Translations under genes and position numbers: made by a program
Shown: piece after piece, positions 1 to 11,260 of the stretch
How positions within the stretch are numbered: position 1 is the first letter of the stretch
How the letters are laid out: each line of letters starts with the position of its first letter
The notes under the pieces: generated by a model
The model's database searches: none
Seen by the model: only the letters and a program-made list of their open reading frames with translations
Told to the model about the DNA's origin: nothing
From: Squalus acanthias
Taxonomy: Eukaryota
Length of the DNA: 64,000 nucleotides
Direction: 5' to 3'
NCBI GenBank assembly: GCA_030390025.1
Contig: CM059426.1
Span: 110,112,001-110,176,000, forward strand

Positions 1-660
1 AGTTATGTGGAGGCATATGGAAAAATTAGGTAGATATCTTAAGGAAAAACAGGTGAATTTTGATGGGGAAAAATGCAAGGAAATGCATATTGGAAGAGGA
101 GATATGAAATGTGCACATGATGGTGGATATTCATTAGCAAATGTGGCTGAGGATTTGTGAGTGATTGTTGTTTATTTATTAAAGGCATCTAAGCAACACA
201 AAGCTGTTATTAACCAGGCTGATTATTAATGAGATCTTGAAGGCATTTTATTTTAACTATACCCCTGATTGGTATAGTTTCAAATTTCAAATATTTTATG
301 CAGTTTTGAGGACTCCAACATCAGACGAGGGTTAATGCATCAGAGAGATTCAAAAGAAGAACAATGATGATCCCAGGATTCACAGAGCTTTGAAGCGAAG
401 ACTATAAAGGGATATGATCTAAGTCTTTAAAATAATGAAAGGGGTGGATAATATAGATGAAGTGGATTATTTTACTTAGACTGTGACTGCAGAAATAGAG
501 CACATGAATTTCACGTTAACAAATGAAAGTGGAAATTAGAAAAAAAAAATTCAGAGTGGTAGACATGTGATATTGACTCCCAAAAAAAGCAATGAATGCA
601 GTTAAGGCCTTTAAAATAACCAAATAAATATTTAAGAACAGAATTGAAGGTTATAAGGAT
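1..660 (+). mobile_element. Old, degraded CR1-clade LINE 3' fragment
   Basis: Decayed similarity to CR1 RT C-terminus (aaatgcaaggaaatgcatattggaaga ~ KCKEMHIGR; gatatgatctaagtctttaaaataatgaaaggg ~ DMI.VFKIMKG). No intact ORF. Confidence 0.5.
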
Positions 661-1201
661 ACTACTACTAAATTCCCGTCCGGCAGCTCAGCAGCGACGA
701 TGGGGCCAAATAAGGATAAATATGGTTGGTCAAATTTTCTTTGTAAAATAAATCTTGTGGTGCAGAGACCATGGATGAATCTGTGAAATGAAATTGGTCA
801 GAGTTGTGCAGGTCAGCTGCAGGGCAAGATTCATGTAGTGGAGTATCGCTTCATTAGCCCTGGGAGCTGGGGAGAACCTTGACAGAGTTGTATCTTCTTG
901 CAGGGTTGATCAGTGATTTCTTGCCTCTCTCAGGAGATGGAGTGGTTTGGGTTAGCTTAATTATGGGGAGAATAGCTCACTGTGCCAAAGGATCTTTTCT
1001 TGTTCCATACTTTGTGTGTGAATATATTGTTTTAATGTGAAATATCATCAAATCAACATAATATTGCCGTTTAAATATCTCTACTTTTACTTGAAACTGA
1101 AGTACATTTTAATCAAAAGAATGTGACTGGCCAAATAAGTTACCTTTAGCATTTCAAATTCAGGTTTGAGCATCTCAGCAGCATGCTTCAAAAAAAGAGG
1201 T

Positions 1202-1375
1202 GCCTGGAATTTCAGTGGGGGTTCTCCAGCGGGAGATCGGTGCACCCCCTGGACAAGTGGCATATAAAGTTAAAAATTACATTGTTTGTTTGTTTATGCT
1301 GTTGCTCCGGGAGTTCCACCAAAGCTCTGCAAAGTTACAGCAGGAGATCGGAAGAACCCCACAGAAATTCACGGC
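1202..1375. mobile_element. Small Harbinger-type MITE
   Basis: Imperfect terminal inverted repeat gcctggaatttcagtgggggttctcc / ggaagaaccccacagaaattcacggc; ends resemble the GGCC..GAATTT TIRs of other elements in this window. Confidence 0.5.
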
Positions 1376-2492
1376 TTGGCTATTGAATCTTTTGCCCTGA
1401 TTTAAGAGATGAATTTAATCAAAAAGCCATTTGCTCATTGCAAAGATTTTTTCTTTGGTTTGGAGTGGATTTGATTTGTGAGGCATTCAGAACAATAATA
1501 CTTTCATATAAAAGACATGAATCAGAAGAGGCTTTGAACAGAGTGTGAGGATACAGATAAGCAACTCCTCAGTGTGTAGCCAGACTGAATTTGAACTGCA
1601 CCTGTGATGCTCGGATTTTATTATCTAGCTCCCAGACATGGCAATGAATCCAGTCTACTGCAAAAATAATCGTGTCATAATATTTCTTGGTATACGACAC
1701 TGCGTGTCTTTTTCTAAATTTTTAAAGCTATTCATTTATTGGATTCGTAATTTGTACTTTTATTGCTTGAGGCAAATGAGAACAAAAGTCAGAGAGAGGA
1801 AAACATGAATAATTAATACAGGAGCTTATTAAGTACATTTTGATCTGTTATGGTTTCCAGTTGAAATTAGTTTAATGAAACATTCCCACATATTATCTTT
1901 TGAAGGAAGATATTCAGAACTGTTTTCATGACCTAATTAAGCAACTATTCCCATAACCATATCAATTAGTGTATGCTCCACAGAGGAAGTAATTATAAAG
2001 GAATACAATTAGTTGCCAGGATCTACTATTCCCATTTTACTGTAATGTATTAATTATATTTATCTGATTTAATATTTATGATTTAACTCAATTACTTTAC
2101 ATAGTTATTGAGTCAGTGCTGGAAAAAGTTTTCACACTCCCCTAAATTAATGTTTCCTCTGCAAAATACTGCTACTACAAATGTGTTTGAAATGTAACCA
2201 AACCTATGAATTTGATAAAGAAGCAACACTTCTGGTACAGATGCAGAGCTAGTCCTTAGGGTGAGGAAAATGTAAAGCAGATCTGAAAGGATAAGATGCA
2301 AGAGGAAACCACAGACAGGAAGAGAAAAAGAGGGAGAAAGTGAGAGAGTGAAATAACAAGATGGAGTGATAAACACACTGGCCCTGAAATTTCTGGGGTC
2401 AGGGAGGAAGCATGGGTAGTGCTTTTGTGTGAGATGATAGGAAGTTGGGAACAACCTGGATCTGATGGGTTTTCTGCCTATTTCTGGTGCTA

Positions 2493-2727
2493 TAGAACCA
2501 TAGAGGTTAACAGCACAGGAGGAGGCCATTTGGTCCACCTTAGGAACATAGGAACAGGAGTAGGCCATTTAGCCCCTTGAACCTGTTCCGCCATTCAATG
2601 AGATCATGGCTGATCTGCGACCTAACTCCATATACCCGCCTTTGCCCTATATCCCTTAATACCTTTGGTTAACAAAAATCTATCAATCTCAGATTTAAAA
2701 TTAACAATTGATCGAGCATCATTTGCC
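2493..2727 (-). mobile_element. CR1 LINE 3' tail(s); probably the 3' end of the CR1 that resumes at 5728
   Basis: Reverse complement of the CR1 3' UTR (aatggcctactcctgttcctatgttccta tail), as in the other copies in the window. Confidence 0.75.
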
Positions 2728-2829
2728 AAAGCAAAAGCAAAATACTGCGGATGCTGGAAATCTGAACTAAAAACAGAAAATGCTGGAAATACGCAGCAGG
2801 TCAGGCAGCATCTGTGGAGTGAGAAACAG

Positions 2830-2866
2830 AGTTAACGTTTCAGGTCGATGACCCTTCATCAGAACT
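2830..2866 (-). ncRNA. Minimal type I hammerhead ribozyme (PLE family A)
   Basis: Minus strand: AGTT-CTGATGA-A-GGGTC-ATC-GACCT-GAAA-CGT-T-AACT. Stem I AGTT/AACT, stem II, palindromic AACGTT in place of stem III. Confidence 0.8.
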
Positions 2867-3160
2867 GGAAAAAGCTGGAGATCGAACAGGTTTTTAAGCA
2901 AGTGCAGGGGCAGGGAAAGAGGGGAGGGGAGGAAAGAACAATCTCTCCTGCCTTCCATCTAGAGCCATCTTTTGTTTCTTAACTTGTCCCATTACCATCT
3001 CCTTTTGTCTTGCACCATCTCTTAATCTCTCCTGCCTTCCATCCTATCACAGACCTCCCCTTTGTTCTTTCCTCCCCTCCCCCCTTTCCCTGCCCCTGCA
3101 CTTGCTTAAAAACCTGTTGGAGAGCAAGATCAACCCTCCCCTTTAAGAACTGGCCAGCAC

Positions 3161-5062
3161 CATTGTGTCAATTTCTCTGCTCCCCTCACTCACTCCAACC
3201 TACCTCCCTCTGAACTTGCAGCACTCCATTCTCTCCGATCCAACCCTGACATTGTCATTAAACCTGCTGACAAGGGTGGCGCTGTTGTTGTTTGGCGAAC
3301 CGACCTCTACCTAGCGGAAGTTGAACGCCAACTCTCTGACACCTCCTCCTACCTCCACCTGGACCATGACCCCACTACCGAACATCAAGCCACCGTGTCC
3401 AAGACTGTCACTGACCTCATCTCCTCTGGAGATCTTCCCCCCACGGCCGCCAACCTCATAGTTCCCCAACCCCGCACAGCCCGCTTCTACCTCCTTCCCA
3501 AGATCCACAAACAGGACTGCCCCGGTAGACCCATCGTTTCAGCCTGTTCTTGCCCCACGGAACTTATCTCTTCCTATCTCGACTCTATTTTTTCTCCCCT
3601 TGTCCAGTCTCTTCCCACCGACATCCGCGACTCTTCCGATGCCCTCCGCCATTTTAACAGTTTCCAGTTTCCCGGCCACAACCGTCTCCTCTTCACTATG
3701 GACGTACAATCCCTCTACACCTCCATTCCCCACCAGGATGGCCTGAGGGCGCTCCGCTTCTTCCTTGAACAGAGGCCCAACCAGTCCCCATCCACCACCA
3801 CCCTCCTCCGCCTGGCTGAACTTGTTCTCACATTGAACAACTTCTCCTTTGACTCTACCCATTTCCTCCAAATTAAAGGTGTTGCTATGGGTACCCGCAT
3901 GGGTCCTAGCTATGCCTGCCTTTTCGTGGGATATGTGGAACACTCTTTGTTCCAGTCCTACTCGGGTCCCCTCCCTCACCTCTTTTTCCGGCACATTGAT
4001 GACTGTATCGGTGCCGTCTCCTGCTCTCGCCCTGAACTAGAACATTTCATTCACTATGCTTCCAATTTCCACCCTTCCCTCACCTTCACATGGTCCATCT
4101 CCGACTCTTCCCTTCCCTTCCTCGACTTCTCCATCTCCATCTCTGGGGATAGGTTATTGACTAACATTCACTACAAGCCCACCGACTCCCACAGCTACCT
4201 GGACTACACTTCCTCCCACCCCGCCTCCTGTAAGGACTCTATTCCATTCTCCCAGTTTCTCCGTCTCCGCCGCATCTGCTCTGATGATGCCACCTTCCAT
4301 ACCAGTGCTTCCGACATGTCTTCCTTTTTCCTCAACCGAGGATTCCCCTCTACCGTGGTCGACACGGCCCTCGACCGTGTCCGTTCTATCTCCCGCACAT
4401 CTGCCCTCACCCCTGCCCCTCCCTCCCGGAACCACGATAGGGTTCCCCTTGTCCTCACCTTTCACCCCACCAGCCTCCACATTCAACGGATCATCCTCTG
4501 CCATTTCCGCCACCTCCAGCGTGATCCCACCACCAAACACATCTTCCCCTCACCTCCCCTTTCAGCATTCCGTAGGGACCGCTCCCTCCGCGACACCCTA
4601 GTCCACTCCTCTACCACCCCCAGCACCCCTTCCCCTTCGCCCGGCACCTTCCCGTGCATGCGCAGGAGATGCAACACATGCCCTTATACCTCCCCTCTTC
4701 CCACTGTCCAGGGCCCCAAACACCCCTTCCAGGTGAAACAGCGATTTACTTGTACTTCCTGCAATTTAGTATACTGTATTCGCTGCTCACGATGTGGACT
4801 CCTCTACATTGGGGAGACCAAACGCAGATTGGGTGACCGCTTTGCGGAACACCTCCGTTCAGTCCGTAAGGGGGACCCCGAGCTCCCGGTGGCCTGTCAC
4901 TTTAATTCACCGCTTCACTCCCACTCTGACCTCACCGTCCTCGGCCTATTACACTGTTCCACGGAAGCTCAGCGTAAGCTCGAGGAACAGCACCTCATCT
5001 TTCGTTTAGGCACGCTACAGCCCTCTGGACTCAATATCGAGTTCAACAATTTTAGATCATAA
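3161..5062 (+). CDS. PLE polyprotein: reverse transcriptase + GIY-YIG endonuclease (open frame, no start codon, catalytic motif reads HIDD)
   Basis: The frame of ORF 3395-5062 stays open upstream and includes the PLE motif IKPADKGG; also PKIHK, GRPIVS, MDVQSLYT, QIKGVAMG, FRHIDD, Cys pairs and NLVYCI...LYIGETKRRLGDRFAEH (GIY-YIG). Confidence 0.9.
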   Translation, partial: HCVNFSAPLTHSNLPPSELAALHSLRSNPDIVIKPADKGGAVVVWRTDLYLAEVERQLSDTSSYLHLDHDPTTEHQATVSKTVTDLISSGDLPPTAANLIVPQPRTARFYLLPKIHKQDCPGRPIVSACSCPTELISSYLDSIFSPLVQSLPTDIRDSSDALRHFNSFQFPGHNRLLFTMDVQSLYTSIPHQDGLRALRFFLEQRPNQSPSTTTLLRLAELVLTLNNFSFDSTHFLQIKGVAMGTRMGPSYACLFVGYVEHSLFQSYSGPLPHLFFRHIDDCIGAVSCSRPELEHFIHYASNFHPSLTFTWSISDSSLPFLDFSISISGDRLLTNIHYKPTDSHSYLDYTSSHPASCKDSIPFSQFLRLRRICSDDATFHTSASDMSSFFLNRGFPSTVVDTALDRVRSISRTSALTPAPPSRNHDRVPLVLTFHPTSLHIQRIILCHFRHLQRDPTTKHIFPSPPLSAFRRDRSLRDTLVHSSTTPSTPSPSPGTFPCMRRRCNTCPYTSPLPTVQGPKHPFQVKQRFTCTSCNLVYCIRCSRCGLLYIGETKRRLGDRFAEHLRSVRKGDPELPVACHFNSPLHSHSDLTVLGLLHCSTEAQRKLEEQHLIFRLGTLQPSGLNIEFNNFRS

Positions 5063-5344
5063 CCTCAGCCCCAATCACATTTATATTTTATTTTATCCAC
5101 CCTTTTATTTGTCCCCCCCCCCCACCTTTTTTTTTCCCTCCTAGAAGCTGGCAGCTGTCCTTCATTCTGCCAGTGGATTTCACACTTCATTCAGCCTTAA
5201 TCTGTCACATTAACACCACCTCTAGCCTTGCATATCTCTTAATGTCTCTTAATGTCTCTTCATCTCCCCCTTTGTTCCTTTATCCCCTCCCCCTTTTCCC
5301 AGCTTTACCCTGGCCTTAAATCTATTTGATTTCCGGCTCTTCCC

Positions 5345-5381
5345 AGTTCTGATGAAAGGTCATCGACCTGAAACGTTAACT
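5345..5381 (+). ncRNA. Minimal type I hammerhead ribozyme (PLE family A)
   Basis: AGTT-CTGATGA-A-AGGTC-ATC-GACCT-GAAA-CGT-T-AACT; perfect stem II; lies in the 3' pLTR downstream of the ORF. Confidence 0.85.
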
Positions 5382-5529
5382 CTCTTTCTCTCTCCACGGA
5401 TGCTGCCTGGCCTGCTGAGTTTTTCCAGCGTTTTCTGTTGTTATTTCGGATTTCCAGCATCCGCAGTATTTTGCTATCGTACCATTGTGTCTGTGTTCCA
5501 TTACTGACTGACATCACATGAGCTTCGCC

Positions 5530-5727
5530 AGTGCTCTGAGGTAGCGCCTCGCTCCTCGGCCTTTGCGTCTTAAGACAGGTGTGAAGCGCCTGATTTAGCG
5601 CTCCAATCACCTCCAGGGGCGATAAAAGCCAAGTTTGCAGTCAGAGGCGATAATTAGCGCCAGGCGCTAATCTTTGCGCCCGGCCGATAAATTGCGCCCC
5701 AAATGGGGCGATACTGAATTTTTCCCC
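5530..5727. mobile_element. Harbinger-type MITE terminal fragment
   Basis: Ends in gaattttttccccc with multiple ggcgc/tagcgcc motifs; same family as 27851-28549. Confidence 0.55.
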
Positions 5728-7111
5728 CTTGGAGTCCAGGTATCATTCTGGTAAACCTACACTGCACTCCTTCCAAGGTCAATATATCCTTCCTAAGGTG
5801 TGGTGCCCAGAACTGCTCACAGTACTCCAGGTGTGGTCTAACCAGAGTTTTGTATAGCTGCAGCCTAACTTCTATCCCCTTGTATTCTGGTTCTCTGGAT
5901 ATAAAGGCTAGCATTCCATTAGCCTTTTGATTATTTTCTGTACCTGTTCATGACATTTTAATGATCTATGTACCTGGACCCCCAAGTCTCTTTGGACCTC
6001 CACTGTTTTTATCTTTTCACCATTTAGAAAGTACCCTGTTCTATCCTTTTTTGGTTCAAAGTAGATGACGTCACCTTTGCTTACATTGAAATACATTTGC
6101 CACAGTTTTGCCCATTCACTTAATCTATCGATATCCCTTTGTAATTTTATGCTTTCATCTACAATGCCACCTATCTTTGTGTCTTTGGCAAATTTAGATA
6201 TGTGGCTTTCTATGCCATCATCTAAATCATTAATAAATGCTGTGAATAGTTGGGGCCCCAACACAGATCCCTGCGGGACACCACCAGTCACATTCTGCCA
6301 ATTAGAGTACCTGCCCATTATTCCTACACTCCGTCTCCTGCCGCTCAGCCAATTTCCTAACCAGTTCAATAATTTGCCTTAAATTCCATGGGCTTCTACC
6401 TTAGTTAACAGTGTCTTATGAGGGACTATATCAAATGCCTTCTGGAAGTCCATATAAATAACATCCATAGACATTCCCCTGTCCACTACTTTAGTCACCT
6501 CTTCAAAAAATTCAATCAGGTTTGTCAGGTATGACCTGCCTTTCACAAATCCATGCTGGCTCTCTCTGATCAGCTGAAAATTTTCAAGGTGTTCAGTCAC
6601 CCTATCCTTAATTATAGACTCTAGTAATTTCCCGACAACAGATGTTTAGCTAACTGGTCTATAATTCCTTGGTTTCCCTCTCTCGCCATTCTTAAATAGC
6701 AGAGTGACATGCGCAATTTTCCAATCTAAAGGGACGGTTCCTGAATTGAGAGAACTTTGGAAGATTATAGTTAGGGCATCTGCAATGTGCTCACCCATTT
6801 CCTTTAAAAACTTGGGATGGAAACCATCTGGGCCTGGGGATTTGTCACTCTTTAGTGCCATTAATTTCTTCATTACTGTTATTTTGCTTACGTTAATTTT
6901 ATTGAGTCCCTGTCCCTGATTCAGAATTAGTTTCCTTGGGATTTGAGGCATGCTAGCCTCTTCCTCTACTGTCAGTACTGATGCAAAGTAATTATTCAAC
7001 ATGTCCGCCATTTCCTTATTATCATTGACAATATCACCGATATCAGTTTTCAATGGGCCAACATTGCTCCTGACCACCCTCTTTTTCCTAATATAATTGT
7101 AAAAATTCTTT
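5728..7111 (-). mobile_element. CR1 LINE ORF2 (RT part), frameshifted
   Basis: ORF pieces [59 protein letters not shown]. Confidence 0.92.
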
Positions 7112-7656
7112 GGCCGGAATTTTCATGTTGCAGAGTGTACGGGTTTGGGAGCGGGTCGGTGAAAAAGTGCTGAAACTGACAGCACGTCGGGAACCCGCTG
7201 TCACCCCGCCAACTTCCGCATTTAACTGGGGCGCGATTCAAAGCATGCCACAGACCTACTCGGGAGAGGCGGGCGACCTCATGGAGGTAGTTAACTGCTC
7301 GGTTAGAGACCCTTAACAGCCTTTTTAATAGAGGTTTCAAATTTAGCTGGTTGTGCACAGGATTCACAGACCTCGGGAAGCTCGCCTGTGAAGGGGAGGC
7401 GGAAGCTCAGTGGCCATTGTGTGAGTTCATTAAGTGACAGCTGGAAAAAGCACATAAATACACACACCTCACACCTGCTTCCTTGCCTAATGGAAAGGCT
7501 CTTGCTGACACCATTTTGCGATGAGATTTTGCTTTCAGGAGTTTCCAGGTGATTTCTGCAACCTTGGAAGCCACTCTCACCACAGTTCTAATCACTATCA
7601 CTACATTGGAGGATTATGCCTCTGATTGCCAATTACCTGCCATCTATCAGATCAGC

Positions 7657-8842
7657 ATGGGTGTCGCTTATGCTGTCTCATCTTGGACCTCTGATTCGGA
7701 CAAAGATGAGCCCCAGCACCAACAACACCAGCCAAATCAGCAGCAACCACACCAGCAGCCTTCTCCTCACAAACCTGATGCTCCACAGGAGAGAGAGGAT
7801 CAGCACAGGGGTGCACCACGCTGGAGGCGATACCCCCAACACAGGGTATACAGGCAGAGGATGAACTTCCTGGACATGACTGAACAGCAGTGCTTCTGGA
7901 GGCTCAGGCTATCGCGCCAGATCATCGCAGACATGGGTAGCTTGCTGGAAGAAGACCTGCTGCCCAGAGGACCTGGTGGACACGCCTTACCAGTGGCTGT
8001 CAAAGTCACCACCACCCTCAACTTCTTTGCCTCAGGCTCCTTCCAAGGATCTGCAGCAGATATTTGCAGGATCTTGCAGTCGACCGCCCACAAATGCATC
8101 ACCCAGGTGACCGATGTCATGTTTCACAAGTCAGCCACTTATGTACACTTTGCCACTGATGAAGCCAGTGTTACTGAGCGGGTGCTCAGCTTTGCAGCTC
8201 TGGCTGGCTTCCCACAGGTGCAGGGCATCATCGACTGCACACATGTGGCCATCAAGGCACCCCCAGATCACCCAGGAGTGTTTGTGAACCGCAAGAGCTT
8301 CCACTCCCTCAATGTGCAGCTCATCTACAACCATAAAAAGATTATCATGCATGTGTGCGCCAGATTCCCTGGCAGCTGTCATGCGCCAGCCGACCCTCCC
8401 TCAGCTCTTCACACCTTCAAACAGATTTACCATCTGGCTGCTTGGAGACAAGGGCTGTCCACTGAAGAAATGGCTGATGACACCCTTGAGGAGGCCAAGC
8501 AATGAGCCCGAGGAGTGATATAATGAAAGCTAAATATCCACCAGATGTGTCATCGAGCAAGCAATCGGCATGCTGAAGATGCACTTCAGATGCCTTGACC
8601 GATCTGGAGGAGGCCTTCAATACGCACCAGCCAGGGTCTCCAGAATCATCGTCGTTTGCTGCGCGTTGCACAACACAGCACAGCAACAAGGATTGGAGCT
8701 GCAGGAGGAGCAAGGCGCAGAGCACACAGCCTCTTTGGAGGAGGAGGAACCGGTGGAACACGAGGAAGAGGAGGAACCTGAGGTGGAAATGGCACCAGCA
8801 GCGGTGCACATTGCTGCCCCGGATGGCCTCATAATGGCCTGA
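7657..8842 (+). pseudogene. Harbinger DDE transposase (HARBI1-like), frameshifted with stops
   Basis: [39 protein letters not shown] (then deletion/frameshift), WLLGDKG.P...WLMTP, IEQAIGMLK..FRCLD, CCALHN. Confidence 0.9.
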
Positions 8843-9144
8843 TTTACTTTACTTGCACCAGTGCACCAATATTGCTCCCAGATGCTGTACTAACTCCCCC
8901 ACCCACAAACACCACAAAGCAGTCCTAAAATGACCAAACCATTCCTATCAACCAAAGACCCTTTGCTCAAGGTTAAGTAATGTCTCACCATTCACTCCAA
9001 GTGACAAGGCCACTTCCCAGGTAGCAGGCAAAAATGGACAAGACCGGAAAGTAGTGCAAAGAAATAAATTTATGTATGTCATAAATAGGATTGAAACTTA
9101 ACACTAACATTTTGGCAAACACCCATGTGCATACCCTTGTGCAT

Positions 9145-10972
9145 CTACGATTGTGTCTTTTTTCTTTTCCATGTGCTTCTACGAGGTGCAACCCTTGTGG
9201 CTTCAGCAGAGGTAGAGGCAGGATGCTCAATTCCCTGCTGTGACTGCTTTGACACTTTTGGCGGATGTCCTCTGGGTTTTGGAGCCTGTGAGGGCCCCGC
9301 CAAAGACTGCTCCTCCTGCAACTGTGCAGGGGCAGACTTGGCCATCAGGATCCAAGGAAGCCTGTAGGGCTCTGACTGAGGGGGAGGCAATGGGGGAGAA
9401 GTGGGAACACTTTGAGCAGAGCCCCCACTTCCATGTCTCCTTTCACCATCATCCCTCTCATGGGCCACCCGCACTTCCCTGCTAGCATGGAGCTGGAGAG
9501 CACCTTGCTGCACGTCAGTGGGGTGATGAACACCCTAGTCTATGTTGGTATCCCTCCTAGAGATGAGGTGAATGAGAGTCTGAAATCTGTTGTTCACAGC
9601 AAGCATGTTCTCATTCGACTGGCGCATTAGCTGCTCTATGCAGGTGGCCATCCTTTCCATGGAACAGCACATTGTTGCCATCGCCTGCGATATGGTGGTG
9701 CTCATGTTGGAGATGGACTCCTCCATTCTCTGGACAATCACACAGATCTGGGCTGGAAAAGCTGCCAGAGCTTCGTGCATTTGTTGCTGCTCTTCCAAAT
9801 TCAACTTCTTTGTCAACGGCCCCCGAGGTTCAGCATCTGCAGAGCTTGGAGCGTCCTGCGCCCTCCGGCGAGGACTTTCCACTGCTGTCCCTGTCTCCAT
9901 CATCTGCTCTTGCTCACTTGTGATATGTGAGACGCCAGGTGACAACACTACTCTATGTCTCACTGGACCCACCGAGGTGTGTGTATCTTCGCTGGTGCTG
10001 GGTGCGCATGGGTCTGGTGATGGTGGACCTTCAGAGAGTGGAGCATCCTCTGAGGAGTCGTCTTCCTCCTCCAGCTGGACAGGGGTGGGGACCCTCGATG
10101 GGCCCGTGGGAGAGTAAAGACTTGAATTAGACCTATCATGATGAGAATGTGTAATGTTACCATTATGCACATGATATTTCACTGGCTGCTGACATCAGTC
10201 ACCATGCGTGACTGTTGTATGCCATGTTGGATATTTAATTCTGTCACCAGGTTGCTGGGAGGTCCCACTCTCTCTGTCTCCCATCGCCATCAGCTCAGTC
10301 ACTCCTTATTTTGAGAGCTTCTTCCTCTGCAGGCGTCAAATATTGGAGGGCCACCTATGGTTCTCTCTCTTTCTCTCCTGTTCTGTGCTCTCTTCTCCTG
10401 CAAGGAGGGATAGAAGAGAACTTTGACTGAGGGAATGAGTGTAAGGGATGTATGGGCTACATCTGTAGAGAGTAACTATGAGCGAGTGGCCTGACATTGC
10501 CGAGTGGCCTCCTTTTGTGGTGTTACTTTGTAGGATTGCATTAGGATGAGGGTGAGTGTCAGTGGTGGATAGTCAGATAGGGATGTGAGTAGGTGCATAG
10601 ACAGTGAGGGATGGGTGCACCTGCAAGGTAGGTTGATTTGAGGAGTGACGTGCAGGAGTGGGCTTGGGAAGGCAGAGTGATGGGTTTGGGGTGACACGCA
10701 CAACTGGACGTAGTTGAATTTGGCATTGTACTCCCCTTTCCTGACCTCATGAGATCATTAAATCCCTTCCGGCATTGAATCCAGGAGCAGTTGACAACAT
10801 CCCTGCTGCTAACTTCTAGTGTGATCTCCAGCCATGCCCTCTTGGTTTCTCTGGCTGCTCTATTCCTGCCGCTGCCAGGGTCTAGTACCTCCCTGCGTGC
10901 TCTGACTCCCTGGACCAGGACTTCCAGGGAGGCATCTGAGAAACTGGGCACATTCTGTTGCTGTGACTCCAT
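9145..10972 (-). pseudogene. Harbinger Myb/SANT-like DNA-binding partner, spliced, decayed
   Basis: Exon 1 10972-10736 (FSDASLEVLV...AWLEI...WIQCRKGFNDL); exon 2 ~10397-10249 after a cttgcag acceptor (EKRAQNRRERERT.GGPP); low-complexity exon 3 from ~10103. Donor 1 reads GGGAGT and acceptor 3 reads ACGG (mutated). Confidence 0.82.
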
Positions 10973-11260
10973 ATTTGCTTGCACCCACACAAATCTCTGA
11001 TATAGACCCAGAGCCACCTCTCCCAACCACCTTTATGCCTCCTCCAACAACCTTCAACTGGGATGTGTGCAAGGCTCCTTTAAATATCTGAGCTGTAAAG
11101 GAGTCATTGGTGACATCATCAGACCCGCTCCATTTAATTGGCCGGGAAATCCGCATGACTGTTTCAATTGAGTTAAACGTGCAGCTCAAAACGTGCTTTT
11201 GAAAACCTTGGGATGGCAGCCCGCCACACCCGCCCCGATTCCAAGGTAAAGATTCTGGCC

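Larger units (their letters stand above)
2728..5475 (+). mobile_element. Penelope-like retroelement (family A), 5'-truncated, with inverted (tail-to-tail) pseudo-LTRs
   Basis: RT+GIY-YIG ORF; 27-bp perfect terminal inverted repeat agcaaaatactgcggatgctggaaatc (2736-2762 vs 5449-5475), extending imperfectly ~130 bp; an HHR in each terminus. Confidence 0.93.
7112..11260. mobile_element. PIF/Harbinger DNA transposon, structurally complete but decayed
   Basis: TIRs ggccggaattttc (7112) / aaagattctggcc (11260); 3-bp TSD TTT (7109-7111, 11261-11263); removing it restores the CR1 reading EIKINTKNFYNY; convergent transposase and Myb genes. Confidence 0.93.

Noticed and set aside
3539-4677. Antisense ORFs over the PLE ORF
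   Set aside because: Shadows of C-rich codon usage on the coding strand.
7657-8842. Domesticated HARBI1/NAIF1-like host genes
   Set aside because: Inside TIR/TSD-bounded transposon DNA and disabled by a frameshift, stops and splice-site mutations.
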